From NCBI GenBank assembly GCA_039799905.1, contig JBDLRP010000019.1, positions 32,001-96,000 on the forward strand: a stretch of 64,000 bases of DNA. Reading direction: 5' to 3'. Position numbers and translations under genes: made by a program. Positions 1 to 8,955 of the stretch are shown here, in pieces; the stretch's first letter is position 1; every line of letters starts with the position of its first letter. The notes beneath the pieces were generated by a model, which worked only from the letters and a program-made list of their open reading frames with translations, searched no databases and was not told the DNA's origin. This DNA is from Pseudomonadota bacterium (GTDB lineage: Bacteria; Bdellovibrionota_B; Oligoflexia; Silvanigrellales; Silvanigrellaceae).

Positions 1-1990
1 ATTGCCGCTCGGCTTCTTCCTCATCCTGAAGTGCGGCGAGTGCCCTCACAATCGCCTCCTGAGTATCGTCGATTCCTGATTCCATTTGCTGTTGCTGGCC
101 GGATTGTGCTCCCTGACGCGCCTTTTGATTGCCCTTTTGTGCATCCTGGGCCGCTTCCTGAAATTCATTGGAAATGTCGGGAAGCGAATCGAGGTCCTGC
201 TGCGATTTTCCGAGTGAATCCTTCGCAGATTTTTGATCGCGTTTTGCATTCTGAAGTTCACTGTCCGCCCGAGTGAGTCTTTCACGGGCTTCGCGCATGG
301 CCCGTTGACGCGCCTGCTGCAGCATAGAGAGAACGCCGCCCAAATGCTTTTGCGCGTGCTCCAGCGTCGACTGTGATTTGTTGATGGCTTCTGTCTGGTT
401 CTTTTCGCTGAGTGTTTTTCCGAGATCCTTGAGGTTCTCGGGAGTGTTGTCGAGTTTAAGCGCGTCCAGTGCGGTCTGCCGTTCCTGCAGAGAAAGCCCT
501 GAGTTGGGTTTTTCAATCATCGATGACAGTTGCTTTTTAAGTGAATTGGCAGCCCCTCGCAGCTCGTCGGCATCTTTGTTGAGCTGGCTCAGCTGTTCAG
601 GATTGGAACGCTGTATCGACTGCTTGAGGTTTTGCAGTCTCGCCAGCAGGTTTTGCACCTGATTAGAGGTTTGCTCGCGCTTAAGACGCTCGAGCAGATT
701 TTTGATTTTCTTTTCAGTTTGCTGCGCGGCCTTGTCGCGTGGCGAATTGATATTTTCTGCAGACTGGGAAATCTGCTCGGTTTGCTTGGCCGCCACACTC
801 TGTGAACCCATCTGACCAGCAGCCTCGCGCGCCTTGGCGAGTTCGTTGCGCAGGGTTTCCTTGAGAGCATCTGCCGAGATGGATTTATTCTGCAATGCCT
901 GCAGTGATTTCTCCAGGGACTGAATAAGGTCCTGTCGCAGGCTTTCGCGTGTCACGATTTCAAATTTTAATTCTTCCGATTCACCGAAGAGATTTTCAGC
1001 GACTGTCTTTGCAACGGCCTTGATGTACAAAGTGTCCTTTGCAGTAAAGGGAATTCCTACGGTGTTGAACGGAATCCGTTTGCCGTCGAAACTTTGTTCA
1101 TTCGCATTTGCAAATTCGGCAACGGGTTTGACCATGCGGTAGCCAGACTCCGTGCGGACATGAAATTCAACACTCGCAAGCGGTATCTTTGAACGTGCAA
1201 GGACGTCGAGAGCAACGCTGCCCTCGCGCTCGGGGCCGCCGGCCGATTTGCTGAGTTCGACCTGCGGGCGCGGACGTGGAGTGATTTTCAATTTTTGTTT
1301 TGCAAATACTGAAGCGTTTTTCAGAATGTTCAGTTCAACTGTGTGCTCGCTTTGCGGGTCAAGGGCGAGTTGAGTCAGAACGCTGCGCGCACTGTTACCG
1401 AAGTTTGCGGTCGGTGGAACTGCATGAAGCTCGGGCGCGGCAGATGAGCCGACTGCAGTCAGCCCCACGGACCATTTTGTCTCGGCTTTCCTGTAACGAA
1501 ATGAAACCGAAAAATACGCGTCGGTGTCGACTTCAGGCATCACATCGGCGTCACCCTTCAGGCGTATTTCTTGAGCCGGAGTATCGACGTAGCTCGGATA
1601 TTCTATCCGCAGAAAAACCTGTTCGCTGCGCAGATTTCTTTCGAGCCATCCGTAGGCTTGTCTGGCGTGCGGTGTGACCGGCGGGATAACACCCGCAAGC
1701 CAAACGGCGAGAAATCCTCCAGCAAAAATCAACCTGCGGTGCCTGAGTGTGCTGGCTTGTAGACCTTGGGTTGTTAGATTGAGTTGGAGCCGCTCACGCC
1801 CGATTTGATCGGACACGTCGGCCGGAAGCAGCACAAAGCGCACCCACGCGGCGGCAATCAAAAGTCCCGCCAGCGCACCGACGAACGCAAGTTCGGTGCG
1901 TCCTGCTGTGGTCATTGCCAGTGAAGTAAAACCGACAAAAAAACATGACCAAAGTAACACGCGTATGTTCAGTTTGAATTGATATTTCAT
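1..1990 (-). CDS. Membrane-anchored coiled-coil protein, DUF4175/TIGR02302-like (3' end runs off window)
   Basis: Not in the ORF track; read manually from ATG at 1990 (AAGGAG upstream) and open to base 1. MKYQFKLNIRVLLWSCFFVGF... has N-terminal hydrophobic segments, a beta-rich middle (IEYPSYV, PRPQVEL) and a long Q/E/K-rich helical C-terminal region. Confidence 0.6.
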   Translation of the reverse strand, partial: MKYQFKLNIRVLLWSCFFVGFTSLAMTTAGRTELAFVGALAGLLIAAAWVRFVLLPADVSDQIGRERLQLNLTTQGLQASTLRHRRLIFAGGFLAVWLAGVIPPVTPHARQAYGWLERNLRSEQVFLRIEYPSYVDTPAQEIRLKGDADVMPEVDTDAYFSVSFRYRKAETKWSVGLTAVGSSAAPELHAVPPTANFGNSARSVLTQLALDPQSEHTVELNILKNASVFAKQKLKITPRPRPQVELSKSAGGPEREGSVALDVLARSKIPLASVEFHVRTESGYRMVKPVAEFANANEQSFDGKRIPFNTVGIPFTAKDTLYIKAVAKTVAENLFGESEELKFEIVTRESLRQDLIQSLEKSLQALQNKSISADALKETLRNELAKAREAAGQMGSQSVAAKQTEQISQSAENINSPRDKAAQQTEKKIKNLLERLKREQTSNQVQNLLARLQNLKQSIQRSNPEQLSQLNKDADELRGAANSLKKQLSSMIEKPNSGLSLQERQTALDALKLDNTPENLKDLGKTLSEKNQTEAINKSQSTLEHAQKHLGGVLSMLQQARQRAMREARERLTRADSELQNAKRDQKSAKDSLGKSQQDLDSLPDISNEFQEAAQDAQKGNQKARQGAQSGQQQQMESGIDDTQEAIVRALAALQDEEEAERQ

Positions 1991-2013
1991 CGGCCCTCAC
2001 ACTCCTTTGCGAG

Positions 2014-2697
2014 TCAGAGCTGAGTCATGGGTTCCTGATAAGGACTCAGATCGGCCAAGGTCTGCAGCTCCGGGTGCTCCCTGAGCATGTTCCAAAGGAC
2101 TTCGGCAGTGACAAGAATATCGCCGATGGAGCGGTGGCGCGACTCGAATGTCAGATTATAGTGTGCAGCCAAAGCATCGAGGTTCTTTCTTTCAGACTGG
2201 ACCAATGCTCTTGCCATCTTCAACGTACAAAGCACATGATAGTGGCAGCTCATGCCTAATCGTGCACTTTCATGAAGCATAATGTTGCAGTCGAATTCTG
2301 CATTGTGCGCGATGCCTACGCATCCACGCATGAATTCGTGAAAATTGTAAAATACATCCTGCAGCAGAGGGGCATCGACGAGCATCTCGTCATTGATACC
2401 GGTCAGGCCAAAGGTTTCCGGAGGAAGTTTTTGGTTTGGATTCACCAGAGTTGAAAAACGTGCGATTTCTTTTGCGTTGCGGTACTTGATGGCACCAATT
2501 TCGATGATACGCGCCGATTTGACGTCAAGACCGGTCGTTTCGAAGTCGAAGATGACGACCGGAAGGTCGGCGAGTCGCTCCTGAAGTGCAAAGGTCGACC
2601 CGCTAACTCCGCCCATAATTGCAATCGGGGCGGCTTGGCGGGATGTTCTTCCGCTGAGCAGTTGGTGAAAAATGCTATTTTGAAAAGACGTCGCCAT
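2014..2697 (-). CDS. DEDDh 3'-5' exonuclease (DnaQ/PolC-epsilon-like)
   Basis: Motifs VIFDFETTG, IIEIGA, AHNAEFD, HRSIGD. Start chosen at ATG 2697; the ORF extends to 2748. Confidence 0.9.
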   Translation of the reverse strand: MATSFQNSIFHQLLSGRTSRQAAPIAIMGGVSGSTFALQERLADLPVVIFDFETTGLDVKSARIIEIGAIKYRNAKEIARFSTLVNPNQKLPPETFGLTGINDEMLVDAPLLQDVFYNFHEFMRGCVGIAHNAEFDCNIMLHESARLGMSCHYHVLCTLKMARALVQSERKNLDALAAHYNLTFESRHRSIGDILVTAEVLWNMLREHPELQTLADLSPYQEPMTQL

Positions 2698-2811
2698 GAT
2701 TTTTTTTCCGATTCCAGTGCCAGGACGCTTAACATGAATTCGCGGCAAAGAAAAAGCCGTCCCTCCTCTTGCAAAGGCTGGGGCGGCTATTGTACACGAC
2801 GTCTTCGCTAG

Positions 2812-2887
2812 GGGCGGTTAGCTCAGTTGGGAGAGCGCAGCAATGGCATTGCTGAGGTCGTCGGTTCGATCCCGATACCGTCCACCA
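2812..2887 (+). tRNA. tRNA-Ala (anticodon GGC)
   Basis: 76-nt cloverleaf: acceptor GGGCGGT/ACCGTCC with the G3:U70 Ala identity pair, D arm GCTC/GAGC, anticodon stem CAGCA/TGCTG with loop ATGGCAT, TTCGA T-loop and encoded CCA. Confidence 0.97.
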
Positions 2888-2895
2888 TTCCTTCG

Positions 2896-4011
2896 TTACT
2901 GCAATTTATAAATCCTACGTGAATTTCCACTCATCACAGCTCGCGCTTGTTCAACAGAGTAACCTGCGCGGTCCATGCTCTTCAGTGTCAGTTGCACGTA
3001 TTGTGTTGTGGCGCCTGGTTGGCCCGAAACGTCGCTTCCGAAAAGAACACGGTCGGTGAGTCCCATATCTTTCAGGCGTTTCAATGCGCCGTCCATGAAT
3101 TTTCCTTCTTTATCGTACATCGCAAGTCCGAACGCGCTAATTTCAAGATAAACGTTCGGGTATTTGGCAGCGAGTTGGTAGACGTCTTCCGAGAAGTCGA
3201 ATCCTTCTTTATTGAAGTCGAAACCCATGTGGCCCAGAACGAACGGAACGTCAGGATACTTGGCAATGACGCGCTCGAGTCCGAGCGGATCTGCGGCACG
3301 CAGGTAATTGTTGCGCTCGTCGTCGGTTTTGAAGTCCTTCATCTTGCGAATCGGACTTGTGCCGATGTGGTGATAAACCGGCACTGCGAATTCACGTGCG
3401 ACTTTGTAAATATCGTCATATTGCTCGTCATCGAGCGGAAGTTCATTATGAACGAATGCCAGTTTGATGCCCTTCATCGAGCGGTGACCGAGTGCCTTGC
3501 GCAAATTGTTAAGCTCTTCTTGTGCCGCTTCAGGAAAGCGATGAATGTTGAGGCTCGCCATTCCGAAGAAGTAGCTCAGTTCGCCGTTGGGACCACGGTT
3601 TCGCAGGTCATCGAGGATCTTGATGATCTCTTCGTTTCCATAGGTTCCCCACGTCAATGGAGCGTAAACAGCCATCAGGCCGCACATGCTCAGTCCGGCG
3701 CTGTAGCAGCTCTGGCGAGTACCGAAGACGGGCGTGTAGGGTTGCAAAACCAAGTTTGCATAGACTTCGAGGCTCCAGTTCTTAAAACCGAGCGGCAGCC
3801 AATTTGGGAGGTTGCTCAGGACGAATTGTTTGCCTAGGGGGCCCATAGTGCCAGCGTCGCCGACGTGCTGGTGGATGTCGATCACTTCAACGGTTTGCGA
3901 GCGGTACTGAGGCATTCGGAATTCGGCGCGCGCTTCGCTCAAAGGTAGAGCGATACTGACAAATGACGACAGAGCCATGAGAGCAATCAGGGGGCGTGTC
4001 AGGATTTTCAT
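2896..4011 (-). CDS. Amidohydrolase-2 family metal-dependent hydrolase with signal peptide
   Basis: IDIHQH (HxH), KGIKL, PVYHHIG, VLGHMG, NVYLEIS and VLFGSD motifs; Sec-type N-terminus ending ARA-E. Confidence 0.85.
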   Translation of the reverse strand: MKILTRPLIALMALSSFVSIALPLSEARAEFRMPQYRSQTVEVIDIHQHVGDAGTMGPLGKQFVLSNLPNWLPLGFKNWSLEVYANLVLQPYTPVFGTRQSCYSAGLSMCGLMAVYAPLTWGTYGNEEIIKILDDLRNRGPNGELSYFFGMASLNIHRFPEAAQEELNNLRKALGHRSMKGIKLAFVHNELPLDDEQYDDIYKVAREFAVPVYHHIGTSPIRKMKDFKTDDERNNYLRAADPLGLERVIAKYPDVPFVLGHMGFDFNKEGFDFSEDVYQLAAKYPNVYLEISAFGLAMYDKEGKFMDGALKRLKDMGLTDRVLFGSDVSGQPGATTQYVQLTLKSMDRAGYSVEQARAVMSGNSRRIYKLQ

Positions 4012-4120
4012 AGGCGGGTGTTCCTCCGAAATTTGCTGATTGTGCTAAGTTATAACCATCGCTTGGTCAAACTATTTTTATTGCAAAACGGGCAGGTCCC
4101 GCTGATTGTGTGAGGCTTCA

Positions 4121-4810
4121 ATGAGTAGAAATCATTTGGGTTTATCATTAGTTGCGGCTTTCGCTTGCGCTATGCCGGTCCCTCTTGCGTTGGCACAGGA
4201 GTCAATTTTGTTCGCGCAGGCGTCAGACAAGACCGACGCTCAGGCTTCGGCTGCGGGCGATATGCAGGAAAAAAAGGAAGATTTATCTGTCGATGCCGCA
4301 GCGCCTGCCGATATCGATGATCGGTTCTCGACCGAGGGTTACGCGGGTCTCTTTGTAGCCGCATTGCAGAACACAGTTCCGTCGCTCGGCCTGAGCGGCT
4401 CGGTTTATTTGGACGACGACTTCCGCACCGGACTCGACGTCTGGTTGGGCAATTCCAAAGGTGCGTTCAGCTCTTTCAAGACTCAAGGAGCAGGCCTTTG
4501 GACAGCGTGGGAAGTCAGCGAGCGTCTGTGGCTGAAGGGTGGCTTTAGTTACTCCCGCCTCGACAGGCCTTCGGACCAAGAACCGCTTGCCGCCCTGACG
4601 GGTTCAAAGGATACGAGTAAAAAGCAGACGGTGCGTACCGACACCATCCAAGCCGATCTTTCACTCGGTCAGTTGTGGAGCTTCACTGGTTATTCGGTTT
4701 CGGTCGATTACTTTGGTTTTTCGACACCGTTCCTGACGCTCACTGGCCCCAAGCACACGATGTTCAACATCCATGCGTTGCGCGTGGACTTCCTCTACGA
4801 CATTGACTGA
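4121..4810 (+). CDS. Exported protein, probable small outer-membrane beta-barrel
   Basis: Signal peptide (ALA-Q), alternating amphipathic Gly/aromatic strands, C-terminal LRVDFLYDID. Confidence 0.55.
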   Translation: MSRNHLGLSLVAAFACAMPVPLALAQESILFAQASDKTDAQASAAGDMQEKKEDLSVDAAAPADIDDRFSTEGYAGLFVAALQNTVPSLGLSGSVYLDDDFRTGLDVWLGNSKGAFSSFKTQGAGLWTAWEVSERLWLKGGFSYSRLDRPSDQEPLAALTGSKDTSKKQTVRTDTIQADLSLGQLWSFTGYSVSVDYFGFSTPFLTLTGPKHTMFNIHALRVDFLYDID

Positions 4811-4831
4811 GTTGCTGGAGGCGGTTTCGAC

Positions 4832-5524
4832 TCAGAGAAGGTCGAGCAGGTAACTCGTTTTCATTTGAGTCGTTTTGTCTTCGCTGCCGATTTCAAAAGA
4901 AATGCTCTCGAATGACGGTGGGCCGGGCGGAGGAGTCAGGCGCGGCTTTCCATTTTCTGAGAACGAGAGACCTTCCTTAGGAATTCCAAACAGATTGTAG
5001 TTGAGTTTTTTGTCCATGTTTTCGTCGTGCCAACCGGCAATCGCGTATCGTCCGGCAGGAAAATCACTCAATTGAATCGTGAACGACTTTTGAGAGATAC
5101 TAAAGCACTCTGCGAAGATCGCTTTTTCCGCTGAGTCAGGAAAACCGTCCGGTGACTTGAAAATCGACATACAGAAATTTCCGTTGACGTTTTTCAGTTC
5201 GTTGACCGCGACCGTCAGTGTTGGTTTGCGCGGCGCGGGTGGTTGGTTGTCGGAGGGTGGCTGGTTGATGGGTTTAGAGTCGCTTCCATCCTGCGGCTCG
5301 TTGCTGCTCCCACCAGTGTTTGGAAGGGTTGGGGGTGCGTTTGGATCGAGCGCGGGAGGTTGCAGCGGAGATGAATTTGAAGGTTTCGGTTCTCCGACCG
5401 AGATCACGATGCTTGGGTCGCGACCAACGCTTTCGTTTTGCTTTGTTCCGCAACCAATAGCGAACTGTGTCAGAACTAAACAGGGAATTGAAAGAAGCGC
5501 GCGGCGAGTGACGAAAGCTTGCAT
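4832..5524 (-). CDS. DUF2141-family lipoprotein
   Basis: Lipobox-like FAIGC, Pro-rich linker, then GRYAIAGWHDEN...NLFGIPKEGLSFSEN...PPSF, typical of DUF2141. Confidence 0.8.
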   Translation of the reverse strand: MQAFVTRRALLSIPCLVLTQFAIGCGTKQNESVGRDPSIVISVGEPKPSNSSPLQPPALDPNAPPTLPNTGGSSNEPQDGSDSKPINQPPSDNQPPAPRKPTLTVAVNELKNVNGNFCMSIFKSPDGFPDSAEKAIFAECFSISQKSFTIQLSDFPAGRYAIAGWHDENMDKKLNYNLFGIPKEGLSFSENGKPRLTPPPGPPSFESISFEIGSEDKTTQMKTSYLLDLL

Positions 5525-5614
5525 AGCTGGCGATGCCTCCGGAAAAATCAGCAAAATGTCAAAATCGACAAAATTGTTGACTTGCCGTCAACCCTAACAG
5601 TCATTTGGGAAATT

Positions 5615-5656
5615 AAAAAGGAAATGCCGGCACGAGGGCCGACTTTTTTTCTTTTT
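5615..5656. terminator. Probable intrinsic terminator, possibly bidirectional
   Basis: Stem GCCGGC(5626-31)/GCCGAC(5638-43) flanked by A-rich and T-rich tracts, just downstream of the 5683..6984 gene. Confidence 0.55.
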
Positions 5657-5682
5657 ATATTAAATACCTGATGATTAGAAGG

Positions 5683-6984
5683 TCAGTAGTCGTAGCGGAT
5701 GCGCAGACCAAGTGCCTGTTCCGTCTTGCTTGCCTTGCGATCACTGCCCTTTTCAAGTTTTTTGCGGTCGGCAAACACTTCGCCGGTGGTGTTCTTGGTG
5801 TTGGCATGTGAACGGTTTGAGTAATAGTAGTTGTAGGACGGAATGAAGCTGAGTTTTTCATCAAGAAAAATCTGTCCCGCCAAAACGAATGAGGCTTCTC
5901 TTGCTGAGTCTACCTTTGGAAGGTTGGTGTCGGAGTAATTGACAAGACCTTTCGAAGCCAACTTCAGATCGCGGTAGCCGATTTCACCAATCAGCGTGAC
6001 TTCCTTGGGCAGCAGATCATACTTCACACCGGTCAGGACTGTGAGAGCTTTGTTGTTGTCGGCTTCGAGTTTTCCGTCTGAATTCAGCTTGGCAACTGCA
6101 TAAACGTCGTTCGCGATACCAAACTTGATTTTGAGGTCGTCGACTTTGTGTTCAGCAACCACGTGATAGAAGGTGTCCAATTCGTACGACGGCTTGTCGC
6201 TGAGCTCCAGCCATTGTCCTTGCAGACCAAAGCCGGCTTCCAGCGTCGTGTCTTCAATTTTGCTGGTGCCTGTCAGTTTGTGGTACCACGTTGTTTCCTT
6301 GGGTTTGGTTCCCAGAGTGTATTCGTTTAGATCTGGATTGCGCGCCACATGATAGGTGACCTTGTTTTTGTCATCGATTTTGTAGTTGCCGCGGAATCCT
6401 TCGACTCGGCTCATATGGCCGGTGAATGAAGGTGATTCAACGACCGTAGTGCTCTTGATTCGATCGGTGTAGCCAAAAAGGCCTGACTCGAGCTCGCGGA
6501 CGTAGCCAAGCTCAAGGCCCTCGACTGCGGGCACATCAAACAGAAAATGAAAATATTTGAGCGTATCTGTGTTGACCAGCGATTTGCCTTCATCGTTGCT
6601 GTCTACGTACCAGACCTTCTTTTTGCCGTTATCGCGTCTTTCGAATTCACTGAGACGGATTTCAACGTCCGCTCTGCTGTATTCACCGAATTTACGTTCA
6701 ACGAAAAGTCGGAAAGAGTCGACCTTTGGGATTTTGAAGTTTTTCGCGGCGTCGTTGATGTTCTTATAGAACGGGTCAAGGTGGATTCTCATGTTGATTT
6801 TGGTGCCGGAGTCTTTTTTACCATCGGTCGACCCGTAAGAACTTCCCGTAGCAGCTGCTGCCGCCTGAGTTGCTGCCGCCGGGGTTGCTGCCGCCGGTGC
6901 AGCTGCCGCCGGTGCAGCTGCGGTTGACGCAAATGCATATGAGGAAATCAAAGAAAACGCAGATACGGAAAGAAGAGCTTTCAC
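5683..6984 (-). CDS. Outer-membrane porin-like beta-barrel protein
   Basis: GTG start at 6984 after GGAGG; signal peptide (AFA-S); Ala/Pro linker; many amphipathic strands; C-terminal LGLRIRYDY beta-signal. Confidence 0.7.
   Translation of the reverse strand: MKALLSVSAFSLISSYAFASTAAAPAAAAPAAATPAAATQAAAAATGSSYGSTDGKKDSGTKINMRIHLDPFYKNINDAAKNFKIPKVDSFRLFVERKFGEYSRADVEIRLSEFERRDNGKKKVWYVDSNDEGKSLVNTDTLKYFHFLFDVPAVEGLELGYVRELESGLFGYTDRIKSTTVVESPSFTGHMSRVEGFRGNYKIDDKNKVTYHVARNPDLNEYTLGTKPKETTWYHKLTGTSKIEDTTLEAGFGLQGQWLELSDKPSYELDTFYHVVAEHKVDDLKIKFGIANDVYAVAKLNSDGKLEADNNKALTVLTGVKYDLLPKEVTLIGEIGYRDLKLASKGLVNYSDTNLPKVDSAREASFVLAGQIFLDEKLSFIPSYNYYYSNRSHANTKNTTGEVFADRKKLEKGSDRKASKTEQALGLRIRYDY
6857..6921. 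repeat. 15-bp in-frame tandem repeat (~4.3 copies, GCTGCCGCCggtgca) encoding an Ala/Pro linker
   Basis: Units start at 6857, 6872, 6887 and 6902, with a partial unit at 6917. Confidence 0.85.
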
Positions 6985-7172
6985 ATCGCCTCCTGAGGAC
7001 GTTTGTTTTAAGGGACAGTCAAGTAGAGCGTCAAAGTAAAAAAATTTCAACTCCGTCCATGAATGCTGCCTGAGAATTCACGCAAGAGTCACAGAATTGA
7101 ATGACTCTGCTTGTTTTGTATTCAAATTGTTGGAACGATTGTGGCTGTTGGCGCTGCGGAGAATAATATCCC

Positions 7173-8261
7173 GTGCATCTAAAGCTCATAACAATCCTGC
7201 TGCTGTCTTTCGCTCTGCATCCAAGTGCAGCGGCGCTCATGCTTTTGGAAGACGAGCTGACTCCCCGTCCGCGTTTCAGTGAATCTTTGCTTGTTGCGCG
7301 TGGTGGCCATTTTTCTGCCCGACTTATCACCAGTGTCGGACAGGATGTGGTTCATACTCCCATTAATGAACAAACCGAACGTCGGCTGTTTGCTGCATTG
7401 GGAATTGCGTCCCGAGCTGGCGTTGCTTTTTCCGATAAGCTCCGTGTTGATCTCTCGGCCAGCGCAATTCGCGCGATGGCCAGCACTTTGGTTGAGGAAA
7501 ATTCCGGCTGGAAAAAAGATGAAATGCATTCCGAGGTGGTGGGCGGTGGGCAGGCGCGTTTGCTTTTCCGCGATGGAATTCGCGCTGGCGCGGGGGTAAT
7601 CTGGATATCTCGCCCGTCGGCTCAGGAAACGTTTGAGTTTGCGGGGCAAAGCGCCTTAAAGCGACTTTCTGGATATTCGCTGTGGACTCCTGATTTCTCA
7701 CTCATCAAGGAGGGCGGCGCCTGGAGTGCTGGTTTCGGCTGGCGTCCGCGCGCAACGAAGAGCCGGACTTTTTCCCGCGAGGGCGATGACGGGAGAATTG
7801 AGTTGAGTGAGAATGTTACGTTGGACGAGCTTTGGTCAGCCGGTGTGCAGACTCAGTTGCCCTCCAATCGGATTTTACGTTTGGACGTCAATCTGCATGG
7901 TTCAGCAGTAACGGAATCTTCGGAAGAACAAAAGACCCCATCATCCGCCTCTGCGGATTCGACCGACATTGCGCGCAGAAGATATGAGGTCGCGCTTGCG
8001 CTGGGGCTCGGAGATATGGGCGGCCACCGCTTGACAATCGGAGGAGCCTACCAGTCGATTGCGTACAGCGAACAGAGCTATGTATCAGCCCAGACGATTC
8101 CACTCTGGTCGGTTTTTTTTCGTGATGAGTTCAATGCGGGTGGTTTGAATATTTTTGTCGACAGCTCGCTGTCGTACGGCACAGATTTGCAGAGTCTTCC
8201 CGATTTGAATGCAAATTACAGCAGGGTGATGTTTTCCGTTCAGTCAGGTGTTCAATTTTGA
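7173..8261 (+). CDS. Outer-membrane beta-barrel protein
   Basis: Signal peptide (AAA-L), amphipathic strands, C-terminal FSVQSGVQF. Confidence 0.65.
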   Translation: MHLKLITILLLSFALHPSAAALMLLEDELTPRPRFSESLLVARGGHFSARLITSVGQDVVHTPINEQTERRLFAALGIASRAGVAFSDKLRVDLSASAIRAMASTLVEENSGWKKDEMHSEVVGGGQARLLFRDGIRAGAGVIWISRPSAQETFEFAGQSALKRLSGYSLWTPDFSLIKEGGAWSAGFGWRPRATKSRTFSREGDDGRIELSENVTLDELWSAGVQTQLPSNRILRLDVNLHGSAVTESSEEQKTPSSASADSTDIARRRYEVALALGLGDMGGHRLTIGGAYQSIAYSEQSYVSAQTIPLWSVFFRDEFNAGGLNIFVDSSLSYGTDLQSLPDLNANYSRVMFSVQSGVQF

Positions 8262-8271
8262 GGAGTGGACG

Positions 8272-8955
8272 ATGAATCACTCTCGTTCGTTTGCAATGGC
8301 AATCATACCGACGATTGTTTTTTTTGCTGGTATTCTGGTTTTTCCTTCGGCGTGCCGGAAGAAATCAAGCCTTCTTGAAGAGACCGGTGGCAGCGGCACG
8401 GACACAATTCCATTCGAAAAGGCCGGTGATGCAGACACGACCGCTCTGACACTGGTTCATTCGAAATCGTTTGCGTCGGCTCCCGCTCCCGTGAGGCCGG
8501 ATCCTGATTTGTATGCACGGCGGCTCCTGCGACAGTTCCGCAACGACGGCAATACTCTCGCAAGACAGTTGGGATTGGTCGAACAGTACCGGCTCATGCT
8601 GGGCGGAGCAACCGACGACTTTCGCACCGTGCCGCAGGACTCCTATGATGCAACGTCACTTCTGACTCTCCAGAAGGTTGCGCAGGAAATTTGTATCGCG
8701 CTCGTGTCACCCAATCCTTCTGTTCATTCCGGATGGCAAAGCGTTTTGCCGGAAGCTCCTGAGAATGTCACTGCCAATGTCCGCTGGCTGATGCGCAAGA
8801 TGCATGCCGTTCCGGATGCCTCGCTCAACAGCTCAGCAGTCAGTGAACTTGTTGAGATGGTGCAGGCGGATGCCGTCAAGGGAGTCATTGTCGCGTCAAG
8901 CTACATCACCGCATGCACTGCGATGGCCTTGGATGCGGAGGCGCTGCTGTTATGA
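8272..8955 (+). CDS. Hypothetical lipoprotein of the DUF1501 cluster
   Basis: GAGGAG RBS; hydrophobic N-terminus with FPSAC lipobox; ATGA overlap with the next gene. Confidence 0.65.
   Translation: MNHSRSFAMAIIPTIVFFAGILVFPSACRKKSSLLEETGGSGTDTIPFEKAGDADTTALTLVHSKSFASAPAPVRPDPDLYARRLLRQFRNDGNTLARQLGLVEQYRLMLGGATDDFRTVPQDSYDATSLLTLQKVAQEICIALVSPNPSVHSGWQSVLPEAPENVTANVRWLMRKMHAVPDASLNSSAVSELVEMVQADAVKGVIVASSYITACTAMALDAEALLL

Noticed and set aside
31..1762. Short ORFs listed in the first 1.8 kb
   Set aside because: Explained by one long minus-strand CDS (1990 to <1) missed by the track because it lacks a stop in the window.
2812..2887. tRNA-Ala as an integration site of a genomic island
   Set aside because: No integrase in the window, and I saw no duplicated tRNA 3' end (checked by eye only).
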